Shown here: in pieces, positions 47,870 to 64,000 of the stretch
Position numbering within the stretch: position 1 is the stretch's first letter
Layout of the letters: the number at the start of each line of letters is the position of its first letter
Source of the DNA: the human T2T-CHM13v2.0 reference genome, Homo sapiens
DNA length: 64,000 nucleotides
Direction: 5' to 3' (one strand)
NCBI RefSeq assembly: GCF_009914755.1
Contig: NC_060947.1
Notes under the pieces: model-generated
Database searches by the model: none
Seen by the model: the letters and a program-made list of their open reading frames with translations, nothing else
Told to the model about the DNA's origin: nothing
Position numbers and translations under genes: made by a program

Positions 47870-48150
47870 CAGTTCAGCTTAGTTCACCAAACATTAAGTA
47901 TGTACAAAGCAACAGACTCCTGCTAAGTTAACCCTAGTGATAAAAATATAAGTAAGACATGATTTCTGTCTTCAAACATCTCACAGTCTATAATAATACA
48001 GACAAATAAATAGACAATTCTAACACATAAGGATGTATGCAATGGCAGAGATATACATATTTTATAGGATCAGAGAAGAAGTGGTAGATTGAGGAAGGCA
48101 AAGGAGGACTTCTGGGTAGAGCAAGAACACCCTAACAGAATCTTAACTAT
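47870..48150 (-). mobile_element. L2 fragment
   Basis: GTAAGACATGATTTCTGTCTTCAAACATCTCACAGTCTA resembles antisense L2. Confidence 0.55.
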
Positions 48151-48219
48151 TTAAGCTCTGGAGGGTGATGAGACTAATCTAGAGCTGTAAAGTAACTGTT
48201 CCTGACAGAATGTAACCTA

Positions 48220-48425
48220 GCAGATAAGCATACTGTCTCCGAAGCCAGACTATCTGGGTTCCATTCCACCGCTTAGGGCAAATCACTGAACCTCCTTGTC
48301 CCTCACTTTATCCATCAATAAAATGAAGATAACAACAGTTCCAAACTCACAGGGTTGGAAGTATTAAGAGTGCTTTAAAAACACCTTGATAAATAGTAAG
48401 CATTGTACAAGGGTTATCTTAGCTC
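48220..48425 (+). mobile_element. MIR
   Basis: AGCCAGACTATCTGGGTTC...GGGCAAATCACTGAACCTC...ATAAAATG. Confidence 0.75.
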
Positions 48426-51400
48426 TTTCTGCTATAATATTTTTTAAAGACGAAATAACAAAAATGTAATCATTCAAATTTACATATATCTGGGCTGACA
48501 GAAATAAAAGTGGATTGAAAATTGCCTACTATATTAGCATGCAATTATATCTAATTTACTAGTGATACATTATGTCAGCAATCAGGACACAGTTGCATGT
48601 AGTACTTGATTCTAAAAAATAAAAAGGACTTTAAAAATGAGAAATACCAGTGTTAAAGAAGAGAGCTAAAATATCTGTTTTTATGTATGTTGTCAAAGTA
48701 CTGATTATAACTTAACCTCATTATAAAAGCCAAACTATATAACCTAAACATAATTTTAGTACAAATGTACCTTTTTAACCAGTGATTCTTAAACTGTACT
48801 CAGATTCTTTGGTAATGCCTCAGAAGTACTGCAACAAATAAGCACTTTCTGCCAAATACTGAATTTGTATTGCCCATTCATTGCTTTACCCTAAATGATA
48901 AATAAGGGAGTTTTTAGAAACCCATTTAGGATTTTATTTCAAAACTTTAAAAATAATATTTTCATCATTTAAACATTTCATAATCACTTAATACTTTTAG
49001 ATATCAATTTTATTGCCCTTAAACCTTGCTATCGATTGCATCATTGTATAAAATATATCAAGTGACTTACATTAACAACAGGATAATACTTTTTCTGCAC
49101 TCCTTTCTACTGATTAAAACAAAACATAAAGTGAACCTTCTATCAAGACTTGTATGATTTTTTTTTCTTCCAAGATGACAGATTAGAGGCTTTTAGCAAA
49201 TATCAGTCACTTAGAAATGGAAAAGTAGTGCATGAAGATCAACTCTGTGAGCTTTAATTCAAGAAGGAAAATGGGAATCCACTGGAATAGTGAAGGATGC
49301 CCCAGATCCCCGGGAAGTGTAAGTGAGCAAACAGCACCCATGATGGAATCTGGTTGATCAAAAGAGTGAAGCTCGAATATATGAGAGGGGAAGAGAGTCG
49401 CTCATGGGGATTCTCCTTTCCTCTAAGGGATCCATGAAACTAAGGCCAAGGGAGAGCACTTTGTTTCTTCTAAACCCTGGAGCTAATTTTGGGAGAGGCT
49501 TGGAGACTCTGAGAGGTAAAGATATTAGACAAAGTTGCCGGCATTTTCCCAGACCCGAGACCAAGCTGAGGAAACAATTTTCAATCCAGGCTTTTACAAA
49601 GTCAGTCATTCTTCAGTGACCCATCAGTTTGGCCATGCAGACATTTCTGTCTCAGGCTACAGATTGGAGTGCGTGCTCTGGAGTTGTGTAAGGGTTTCCA
49701 AAGCCAGAATTGAATGACAAGTGTGGAAAGCACCCCCACGGTAGGTGCTGGAATTGTTCTCTCCCCCAATACAGGTCTGGAGTCAAATGAGAGTTTCTGC
49801 AGCCATGGTTTCTCCTGGACAGTGAGACTTGCAGCCAGAGCCAGTTTGGCAATTTGGAAAACGTCTGCATGTGTCATTCCTGGGTGCCTTAGCTTCCTCT
49901 CTTGAGATTGTGGTGCAGCAGGCCACTCTCTGTTTCACCCCCAGGCATATCTTCAGACATTCGGAGCGCCAAATCACGAGTTAGCAGCCTGAGCCCCCCT
50001 AACCTTCCTGAGCAGAGACCTTTCTGTATTGGGACCCTTTCCACTCCATACCAGGCATAACTCCCAGCATTTGGAGCACTGCTTCCTTGGATTAGCAACT
50101 TAAATTACCTCACCATTCCTGTTTAGAGATACTAGTGTGTGTCGGTGCCATCTTTGCTTCACACCCAGGCATATCTCCATACATTGGGAGCAACTGCTCA
50201 CTGGGATGAGCAGCCTGAGCCACACCACTATTCCTGTACAGAGAATGTGGTGCAGCAGGGAAATGACAGATATAGAATTCAGAGTTTAGTAGACAAAAAA
50301 AAAAAACTCAATGAGATCTAAGAGAAAGTTCAAATTTAACACAAAGAAAACAGAAAAATAGCCCAAGATTTGAAAGATTGCATAGCTGTGTTAATAATGA
50401 ACCGAAAAGAACTGCTGGAATTGAAAATATCACTATAAGAATTTCAAAATATACGTGGAAGTCTTAACAACAGACTAAATCAAGCAGAAGAAAGAATTTT
50501 AGAGCTTAAAAATGGTCATTCAAATCAAACCAGTCAGACAAAAAGAAAGAAAAGAGAATTTAGAAAAATGAACAAAGGCTTTAAGAAATATGTGATTTTG
50601 TAAAGCCAACAAATATATGACTTATTGGCATTCTTCAGAGAGAAATAGAGAAAGTAAGCAACTCAGAAACTATATTTGAGGAAGAAATCCGGAAAACTCT
50701 CTTGAGATTTGGTGCAAGATGATCATCCTCAAGGCACACAGATGTCAGACTATCAATGTAAAAAAAAAAAAATCTTAAAGGCTTTTATAATAACTGTAAA
50801 GGGAAACCCATCAAACTAACAGCAGACTTTTCAGCAGAAACCTTATGAGCCAGAAAAGATTGGGGGTCCATTTTTAGCACTGGTAAGTAAAAGAAATGCT
50901 AGCCAAGAATTTCATATCCTATCAAACTAAGCTTCATAAACAATGGAGAAATAGTCTTTCTTAGACAATAAATCTCTAAGGGAATTCATCACCACCAGAC
51001 TGCACCTACAAGAGATGCATAAGTGATTTCTAACCATGGAAACAAAAGATCAACACTTACTACCACAAAACACACACAAGCACATAGCCCACAGACCTTA
51101 TAATGCAAATACACAATCAAAACTACAAAACAACTTGCTAACAACAATATGACAGGAATAAAACCTCACATATCAATATTAACCTTAAACCAAAATGGCC
51201 TAAATGCCCCATTTAGAAGACATGGAGTGGCAAATTAGATTAAAAAAAATAAAAACAAGACCCATCTTTTTTCTTTCAACAAGAGACCCATCTCTCGTGT
51301 AATGACATTCATAAGCTCAAAGTAAAGAAATGGAGAGAGATCTATTTTGCAATGGAAAACAAAGAGAGCAAGAGTCACTATTCTTGCATTAGATAAAATA

Positions 51401-52594
51401 AAGTTTAAACCAACAAAATTAAAAAAGGACCAAGAAGGGCATTACATAATAATAAATGGGTTAATTCAATAAGAAGATTTAACTCTTCTAAATATGTATA
51501 CACCTAAGATTGGAGCATCCAGATTTATGAAACAATTACTTCTAGACATAAGTAAAGAATTTCAACAGCCACACAACTATAGTGGAGGACTTCAATGCCC
51601 CACTGACAGCATTAGCCAAATCACTGAGGCAGGAAACTAACAAAAAATGCTGGACTTAAATTCAACACTTGACCAATTGTACCTAAAAGACATCTCCATA
51701 ATATTTCACCTAACAAGCGAAGAATATACGTTCTCCTCATCTGCACATGGACTATACTTGAAGACTGACCACGTGTTCAGTCAGAAAAAAAGTCTCAACA
51801 AATTCAAAAAGTCTAAATCACACCAGACATATTTTCACACCATAATGGAATAAAAATAGGAATCAAGAGGAACTCTCAAAACCACACAAATACATTAAAA
51901 CCAAAAAACTTACTCCTGAATGACTTTTGGGGAAACAATGAAATTAAGACAGATATGAAAAAGTTATTTGAAATATACAAAAAATAGAGACATGACATAC
52001 CCAAACCTCTGGAATACAGCAAAAGTAGTATTAAGAGGAAAGTTTATAGCACTGAATGCCTACACCAAGAAGACAGATCTCAAATTAATAACCTAACATT
52101 GCACCTCAAGGAACTGGACAAACAAGAACAAAAAATCCCCCAAAGCTAGCAAAGGAAAATAAATAACTAAATTAGCGCTGAATTAAGTAAAATCGAGACC
52201 CCCAGAATCATACAGAGGATCACTGGAACAAAAACGTGTTTTTTTTTTTGAAATGATAAACAAGATTGATACACTATTAGCTAGATTAACAAAGTAAAAA
52301 AGAGAGAAAATCCAAATAAGCACTATCAGATATAACAAAGATTATATCACAACAGATCCTGCAGAAATGCATAAGATCTTCAGACTACTGTGAATTTCTC
52401 TATGCATACAAATCAGAAAATCTAGAAGAAATTGATACAATCCTGGAAAAAAAACAACCTCCCAATATTGAACCAGACATGAACAGATATCCTAAATATA
52501 CCAATAAAGAGTAATGAAATTGAATCAGTAATAAAAACTTACCTATCACCAAAAGCACTGGACCAGATAGATTCACAACTGAATTCTATCAGAC

Positions 52595-52659
52595 ATACAA
52601 TATAAGCTGTATACAATATAATATACAATATAAGCTTATACAATATAAGCTGTTACAAT
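52595..52659. repeat. Imperfect tandem of ATACAATATAAGC(TG), about 4 copies
   Basis: Seen directly within L1 ORF2. Confidence 0.85.
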
Positions 52660-53724
52660 CTTGCCGAAACTGTTCAAAAATTCAAGGAGGAGGAAATTCT
52701 CCCTCCCTTATTCTGTGAAAGCAGTATGATCTTGATACCAAAATCTGGCAGAGACACAACAAAAAAAGAAAACTACAGGCCAATATCCTTGATGATTATA
52801 CATGTGAAAATCCTCAAAAAAATACTAGCCAACCAAATCTGGCAACACATCAGATAGTTAATTCACTACAATTAAGGGGGCTTTATTGTTGAGATGCAAA
52901 TATAGTTAAACATATATAAATCAATGAATGTGATTCACCAGATAAACAAAAGACCTAGGATCATATCAATAGATGCAGAAAAAGCATTCGATAAAACCTA
53001 ACCTGCCTGTGTGATCAAAACCCTCAACGAACTAGGCATTAAAGGAACATACCTCAAAATAATAAGAGCCATTTATGACAGACCTCCAGCAAACATCTTA
53101 CTGAATAGGCAAAAGCTGGAAGCACGGTCTTTAAGAACTGTAATAAGACAAGACTTTCCACTCTCACCACTCTTATTCAACATAGTAATGGAAGTTCTAG
53201 CCAGACCAATCAAGCAAGATAAAGAAATAGAAGACATCCAAATAGTAAAAGAGTAATTCAAATTATCTGTTTTTACTGATGATACAACTCTTTACCTAGA
53301 AAACCCTGAAGATTCCACCAAAAGACTCCTAGATCTGGTAAATGACTTCAGCAAAGTTTCTAGATGCAAAATCAATTTACAAAAATAATTTGGATTTCTA
53401 TACACCAATAACATTCCGACTGCGAACAAAATGAAGAACTAAATCTTATTTACAATAGACACAAAAATTATAAAATACCTAGGAATATATCTAACAAAGA
53501 AGGTGAAAGATCTCTATGAGGAGAACTAAAAAACTCTGCTTAAAGAAATCATAGATGAAAAAATAAATAAAAAAGCATTCCGTATTCATGGCTTAGAAGA
53601 ATCAGTATTGTTAAAGTATTTATACAGCCCAAAGCAATCTACAGATTTAATGAATCTATCAATTTCATTTTCACAGAATTACAAAAAAATTTTAAAATTT
53701 ATATGTAATTGAAAAAGAGTTCAA

Positions 53725-54105
53725 GGGCTTTTTAGTCAGAGGTGATGAATCCTGCCAGGACTGGGTCCTTCCCTTCAAGGCCAGGAAGGGTAGTGGTGGG
53801 TGAGATGCAGAGCAAGAGAGGATGGTTTATGGCTACCAAAACATTAGTTAGAATGAATGAATAAGTTCTAGCATTTGATAGTCCAACAGGGTGACTATAT
53901 TCAATAATAATTTTATTGTACATTTTAAAATAACTAAAATAGTATATTTCCATTGTTTGTAATGCAAAGGATAAAAGCTTGAGATGGATATTTCATTTAC
54001 CCTGATGTAATTGTTACCCGTTGTATGCCTGTTTCAAAATATCCCATATACACCACAAATATATACCCCTATTATGTACCCACAAAAATTAAAAATAAGA
54101 CATTT
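53725..54105 (+). mobile_element. Short L1MA (MA1-3-like) 3'UTR insertion nested in L1PB
   Basis: GGAAGGGTAGTGG...TATGTACCCACAAAAATTAAAAATAA; degenerate TSD AAAAAG(A/T)GT(T/C)CAA at 53712-53724 and 54106-54118. Confidence 0.85.
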
Positions 54106-57100
54106 AAAAAGTGTCCAAATTGCCAAAGCAATCTGCATAAAAAGAAAAAAGCTGGAGGCATCACATTACCTGACTTCAAATTATACTACAAGGTTACAGT
54201 AACCAAAACATTATGGTATTGGTACAAAAATAGACACATAGACAAGTGAACAGAATAGAGACCTCTGAGATAAAGCTGCACAACTATAACTAACTAATAT
54301 TCAACAAAGTCCACAAAAATAAACATTTCAATAAACTATTCAATAAAATATGCTGGGAAAACTGGCTAACCTAATGCAAAAGAATGAAACTGGACCTCTA
54401 CCTTTCAGTATATACAAAACATTAATTAAAATGTGTTAAAGACTTAAATAAAGTCTTTATAAAAATTCTAAACAAAAACCCAGGAAAAATTCTAAACAAA
54501 AAACCTAGACATTTGCCTTGACGAAGAATTTATGTAGGTCCCAAAGGGATATTCAACAAAATAAACACTAGACAAATGAGACCTAATTAAACTAAAGAGA
54601 TTCTGCACAAAATATAAAACTCTCAAAAAAGTAAACAACCTACAGAATGGGAGAAAATATTTGAAAACTATTCATCCAACAAAGGACTGATACCCATAAT
54701 CTATATAGAATGTAAATGAATCATCGAGAAAAAAAAAATCCTATTAAAAAGTGGGCAAAAGACATGAATAGATGCTTCTCCATAGAAGACGTACAAGCAG
54801 CCGAGGAACACATGAAAAATGCTCAGTGCTACTAATTATCAGAGAAATGCAAATCAAAACCACAGTGGTTTACCACTGCACATCAATCAGAATGGCTACT
54901 ATTAGCATGTAAAAAAAATAACGGATGCTGGTGAGGTTGTGGAGAAACGGAATGCTTATACACTGTGGGTTGGAATGAAAGTAGTTTAGCCACTGTGGAA
55001 AGCAGTAGGGTGATTCCTCAAAGAACTTAAAACAGAGCTATCATTCAACCCAGGAATCCTATTACTGGGTATGTACACAAAGGACAATAAATAATTCTAC
55101 CAAAAAGGTACATGAACTTGTTTGTTCATTGCAGGACTGTTCACAATAGCAACGACATGTAATCAACCTAGATACTCATCAGTGATGTATTGGATAAAGA
55201 TAATGTGGTACATATACACCATGAAATACCACAGAGCAATAAAAAACAAAATCACGTCCTTTGCAGCATCATGGATGTAGCTGGTGGCCACTATCCTAAG
55301 CAAACTAACGCAGGAATAGAAAAGCAAATATTGTATGTTCTCGCTTATAAGTAAGAGCTAAATCATCAGTTCATATGAACATAAAGATGGGAATGATAGA
55401 CACTGGGGGCTGTATAAGGAGGGAAGAATGGGGACAAGGACTGAAACACTTCCTTTTGGGTACCATGTTCTCACTATCTTGGGAGTACAATAAAACTTTC
55501 TTTGAGAGTGCTTTTGATGCCTTCTATTTTTCTAGTTCAGTGAAAAAGCTGGAGTAAAATGAATATTATTATTAAGACTCCATTATCTAGTAGAGCCAAC
55601 CCAAAATTTCTGTAATGATGCTATCATTCAATATTTATTAGTACACAAAGTATGGTTAACTAATAAAAAAGAATTTGCAACATTGTGTTCATTGTTCTCA
55701 CCAAGTTTAACTAGAAGATACTTAATGGTCTTAGAAAGTTCAGTTCTTCAACACAAATAGAACAGTATAACCTTCCAGTGCTACTCAAGCACTTTTTGCT
55801 TTAAGGCCTATAATGTATACGCTATGGAAAAGAATATTGTAGCAACTAGGTTGGCTTGCTACTAATAGCATGTGGCCAATTTATAGCAAAGAAATGAAAA
55901 TCAATGCTAAATTCAAATCACAACTGTTAGCTACTATCGTTTTCTGTTGTAGATGAATATCACTGGGCTTAGCATGGCTCATTTATTTTCAGTACTCCCT
56001 GTCCTCTTGTCATGAGGTCTGTTTTATATTGTTCTGTTTTCTTAGTCCTCAAGTACATAACTGTTCTGAATTAGGGGTTGTGGCAGATAATTATTTAAAT
56101 TATTCACTTCGTAAAGCAATCATATGACAGATCTAGAACATAGTTGATATTTTATGTTGAGGAATTTTATTAAGTTTTGTTTGAAAGCGTTCTATTATGC
56201 CATATATTCAGGTATGTTACAGGTCAATGTATTGCTTGTGTGCACATAATGGTGTGTGAGAACATATTCCTTTATTACAAAGTTATGTCCCTGACACTAG
56301 AAGTTATAATGAGAATCAGTGTCTGAAATTGACCAGTGTAATAAGGAAATTGGGGTTATTAATGAACACGTTTAAAGGAGGGTTAAACAATTCTTTTAAC
56401 CCTTGTTGAAAAACAGTTTAAATATTAGTTTAATTCTATACCTTTGAAGTTAAACAACCATAATGGAATTGCTGATTTACAGCCTTGCAAGGGCTCAAAG
56501 GTCATTATTGTTTTTAACAAGAATGATCACTATACAAGACAGTGGAGCTAGATATATAACAATGGAAAGACACTGGGTGACTTTTAGATGAACCAGAACC
56601 TACATGCACAGTTCTTTGAATAGGTCTGTTAGCAAACAGACAGAGACTTACACTGCTCTTACTTTTTAAAACTATAAACTAATTACAGGTACACTTCAAA
56701 TCTGCAGAGCACACATGTAAGTATGAATATAACTCATGTTTCTTTTGTTGGCATGGAGGGAAGTTTCTTTAATAAAATAAATCATCATTAAATATCATTT
56801 ATTTAGGGCTTTCAGACTACTGTCATCTCCATTCTAATAGCCAGATAAGAGGAAGCCTGATAGACAGTATAGTGCATAATCTAACTTCTTGTTTTAGTTA
56901 TAAAGGAAAAAATTGGCTTGTGGAAAAATACAGGAGCATTTGACAAATCAATGGCCCACTGGAGAACACTTAGGGCCTACTTCATAGCAGCAGAACTCCC
57001 TGCAGAATAAATCATAATAAATCTTTTTAAATGTAAGCCAAGAAGAGGTCATGCAGTAACTTTAGCAAATGAAAAATAGTGTAAGTAGATAAAAATTTAA

Positions 57101-57485
57101 AGCACAAGAATGCTACATTAACATCAAATATTATGAATGTCATGGAAAAATAATATACTTGGGAGACTCAGAATAAATCAAGTGATACCTTAAGGAGTTA
57201 AGAAAAAATGCATAAGAGACTAGATCACCTGACTTTTCTCCCTGCCACAAGGCAAAGGTATCAGATGCTTCATACACCTGTGGAAGAAGACAACAGTGTT
57301 ATCTATACTATCATTTCCCTTATAGTTAAGTGTATTCAAAATGTAAGTTTCACTATGCAAGAAACAACTGAATACCTGATCAACATCTTTTTCATTATTC
57401 CCCTCTGTGGCCTCAGAAAAAGCTATTATATACTTCAATAAGTCCGGAAATGAACAAGAATTATTTTGACAAAACTATTCCACTT

Positions 57486-57935
57486 TGCTATGGTTGGATA
57501 TGGTTTGTCCCCAAAAAACTCGTGTTGAAATTTGATCCTCAATGAAGCAGTATTGGGAGGTGGGACCTAATGGGAGGTGTTAGGTGAAGGCAGATCCTTC
57601 ATAAATGGCTTGGTGCCATTTTCATGGTACTGACTAAGTTCTCACTCTAGCAAGACTGGAATAGTTTTCACAGGAATGGATTATTTCCCATGAGAGTGTG
57701 TTGTTATAAAGTCAAGATATCTCTCCGGTTTTGCTTTTGTGCACATGTCTGCTTCCTGTTTGACCTTCTGCCATGTTGTGACAGAGAATGAAAGACAACC
57801 AGAAGCTGAACAGATGCTGACACCATGCTTCTTGAACTTTTCAGTCAGCAGAATCATGAGCTAAATAAACATATTTTTTTTTCAAAATACCCATCCTACA
57901 GTATTCTGTTACAGTAACACTATACAGATTAAGAG
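57486..57935 (+). mobile_element. MSTB-like MaLR solo LTR
   Basis: TGCTATGGTTGGATATGGTTTGTCCCC...AGAATCATGAGCTAAATAAA...AGATTAAGA. Confidence 0.82.
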
Positions 57936-58224
57936 ATTATACCATATCTCAGGGAATCATACCAGTATGACTTTATATAACAGAAAACTGCCTATGTTAG
58001 AGACCTATGAAGCATCTTAGAGTTATTCATCTTTAGTCAGTGATAGAAATCTATTTATTCCTTCTTTTTCTAACAATAGTTGCCTACTGTCTTACCTCTC
58101 TGATTACTCTGCTGTTTTTTTCATATAGACATACATTTTATATTAATATTGGATTTATTCAATAATAATTAGATTTATTTTTCTAGAGCTTTGGCTCTTC
58201 TGACTCCGTGCTCATTTTGTCCTT

Positions 58225-58480
58225 ATTTGTTCCTACGACATCAATTAACATTTATGTGCTAATGCCTCCAAAGTCTATATATTCAGCCCAAACCTCTGGA
58301 GTTCTATGCATCCGCATCCAACTGCCTATTGAACATATCCACCTGGATGTCTCACAGGAATAGCAAACTGATCATGTCAAGAACTGAATCCAACTCTGAC
58401 TTTAAATGTTTCTCTTCCAATTTTCCTGGCTTCAGTGAGTGGAAAAACTATCATTCATCTGAGCCAAACGCTGGAGATCA
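58225..58480 (+). mobile_element. L2 fragment
   Basis: CCAACTGCCTATTGAACATATCCACCTGGATGTCTCACAGG. Confidence 0.75.
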
Positions 58481-58749
58481 TTTTAAACAAAATTTTGTCA
58501 ACCATGTCATAAGAAAAAATAATAAACTATGAGATAAGCACTTTAAAATACAGGATATATTTTGTCATTCAATAATCTACCTCTAGGTAATCTACCCCTA
58601 AGTACTACCTAAGAATGAATGATGGCTAAATGTAATTATAGTCACTCTGCACGTGAACTCATAGATACTCTTTTTTCTAACCTTCATATTAATGTGTTTG
58701 TCTCTTTGATGGAGGCTTATCCATAATACATAGATAGTCTTGATTTTCT

Positions 58750-60040
58750 TTATTTTTGAAGGAAGTTATGCTAGAAGTCTTATTTGATATTTTCTTCTTT
58801 TCATCAGTTCGAATATGTCATCTCATTGTTTTCTGGACAATTTGTTTTCTAATATTTCATTTGTAAATTTTATTAAGGGTTTCTTTTATGTGGTAAGTTG
58901 CTACTCCACTGCTGCGTTCAAGATTATCTGTCTTTTGACAGTTGATTATGATATATCTAGGGTAGAACTTTTTGAAATTGTCTTAATTGAAATTCATTGA
59001 ATTTCTTGGATATGTAGATTAATGTTTCTAATCAAGTTTGGGAAGATTTTAAACATTATTATTTCAAATATTATTTCTCTTTTTCCTATAATTCTGTGAC
59101 CCTCATTATACATATGTTAGTATTCTTGAGGATGTTCCACAGGGCTTTGAGGTTCTGTTTATTTTTATTCAATTTAAAAATTTTTCTCTTCCTCAGACTG
59201 GATAATCTCAATTGACTTATCTTTATGTGAACTCATTTGTCTATCTGCTCAAATCTGTCCTTGAACCACTGTGTTGAAAATTTTCATTTCATTGCACTTT
59301 TTAATTTCAGAATTTCTATTTGATTTTATATTTCTATTGACATTCTATTTTTATGATATAGTACTCTCATAACTTCCTTTGGTTTTTTAGATATAACTTC
59401 ATTTAGTTTTTCAAGATATTTAAAATACCAAATTTAAAGTAGTTGCTAACTTAAGTCCAACATCTGGAATTACTGAGAAAGTTTCTGTTTAATTCTTTGT
59501 CCCCTGTGTAATGGTCATGCATTATTGTTTATTTGTATGCCTCATAATTTTTTGTTGTTGAACACTACACGTTTTATATAATATAATATGACAACTCTAC
59601 AAGTGAGATTCTCATTCATCCAAGAATTTGTTGCTGCTGTTGCTTGTTATAATTGTTGTTTTTGCTAGTGAGTTTTCTGAATACATTATTAAAAGTCTGT
59701 ATTCTTTATTGTGCGTGGCCACTGAAGACAATACTAATGCAGCTTACTGGACATCTAATGATTTGACAGAAATTATCTTAGACAGATAGGACCAATACTT
59801 CTCCCAGTCCTTGTCAAGGGGCTCTGTATATTTTGTTAAATGCCTTCAACACTCTACCAGTTAGTTGACAATTCTGATGTAGCCTTCCCTTTCCACTAGC
59901 ACAGAGATTCAAGGTCAGTGAGCAGTAAGAGGTTAAGACTCCTCAATACATTCTGGAGTAGGTGCACAATCTTAGCCATTTGCACAACAACTGGCATGCA
60001 TGTCACTTTCATGATTCCCGGAAATATGTTGGAGCTGTAC
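58750..60040 (-). mobile_element. Ancient L1M ORF1/5' remnant
   Basis: Degenerate antisense L1M ORF1-type sequence (ATCAAGTTTGGGAAG...CTCAGACTGGATAATCTCAATTGAC). Confidence 0.65.
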
Positions 60041-60044
60041 TTTT

Positions 60045-64000
<3,956 letters not shown>

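Larger units (their letters stand above)
49165..55481 (+). mobile_element. Near-full-length old L1 (L1PB-like) with internal deletions and a clipped 3' end
   Basis: 5' TTCCAAGATG start, ORF1 remnant, ORF2 start ATGACAGGAATAAAACCTCAC near 51149, ORF2 fragments (51647, 53011), L1PB-type 3'UTR without A-tail. Confidence 0.85.

Noticed and set aside
55500-57480. 2 kb of apparently unique AT-rich DNA as a gene or enhancer
   Set aside because: No ORF, repeat or motif evidence that I can support without conservation data.

Overview
Primate (human/great-ape-like) genomic DNA that is AT-rich and dominated by retrotransposons. I find no host protein-coding gene, RNA gene or CRISPR-type feature. Contents, left to right: (1) a minus-strand HERV-L provirus (1-4299) whose pol carries an antisense MLT2A solo LTR; (2) an old full-length minus-strand L1PA15/16-like LINE holding a complete THE1 provirus (itself Alu-interrupted) and a MER61-like solo LTR; (3) a second MLT2A LTR and a truncated L1PA13-like copy; (4) a full-length L1PA3 (27479-33641) with TSDs, dead ORF1/ORF2, an open extended ORF0 and the ZNF93-type 5'UTR segment; (5) several old L1M/L1MA/L1PB copies, Alus, MaLR LTRs, MIR and L2. 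The most unusual signals are DNA-repair or template-switch scars. They are a near-perfect 310-bp copy of an old L1 5'UTR pasted 2.84 kb upstream with iterated junctions, a perfect 40-bp palindrome, fold-back hairpins inside decayed L1s, and two twin-priming L1 inversions. I see no evidence of a new gene-encoded system. Subfamily names come from recalled consensus features, not from a database search.
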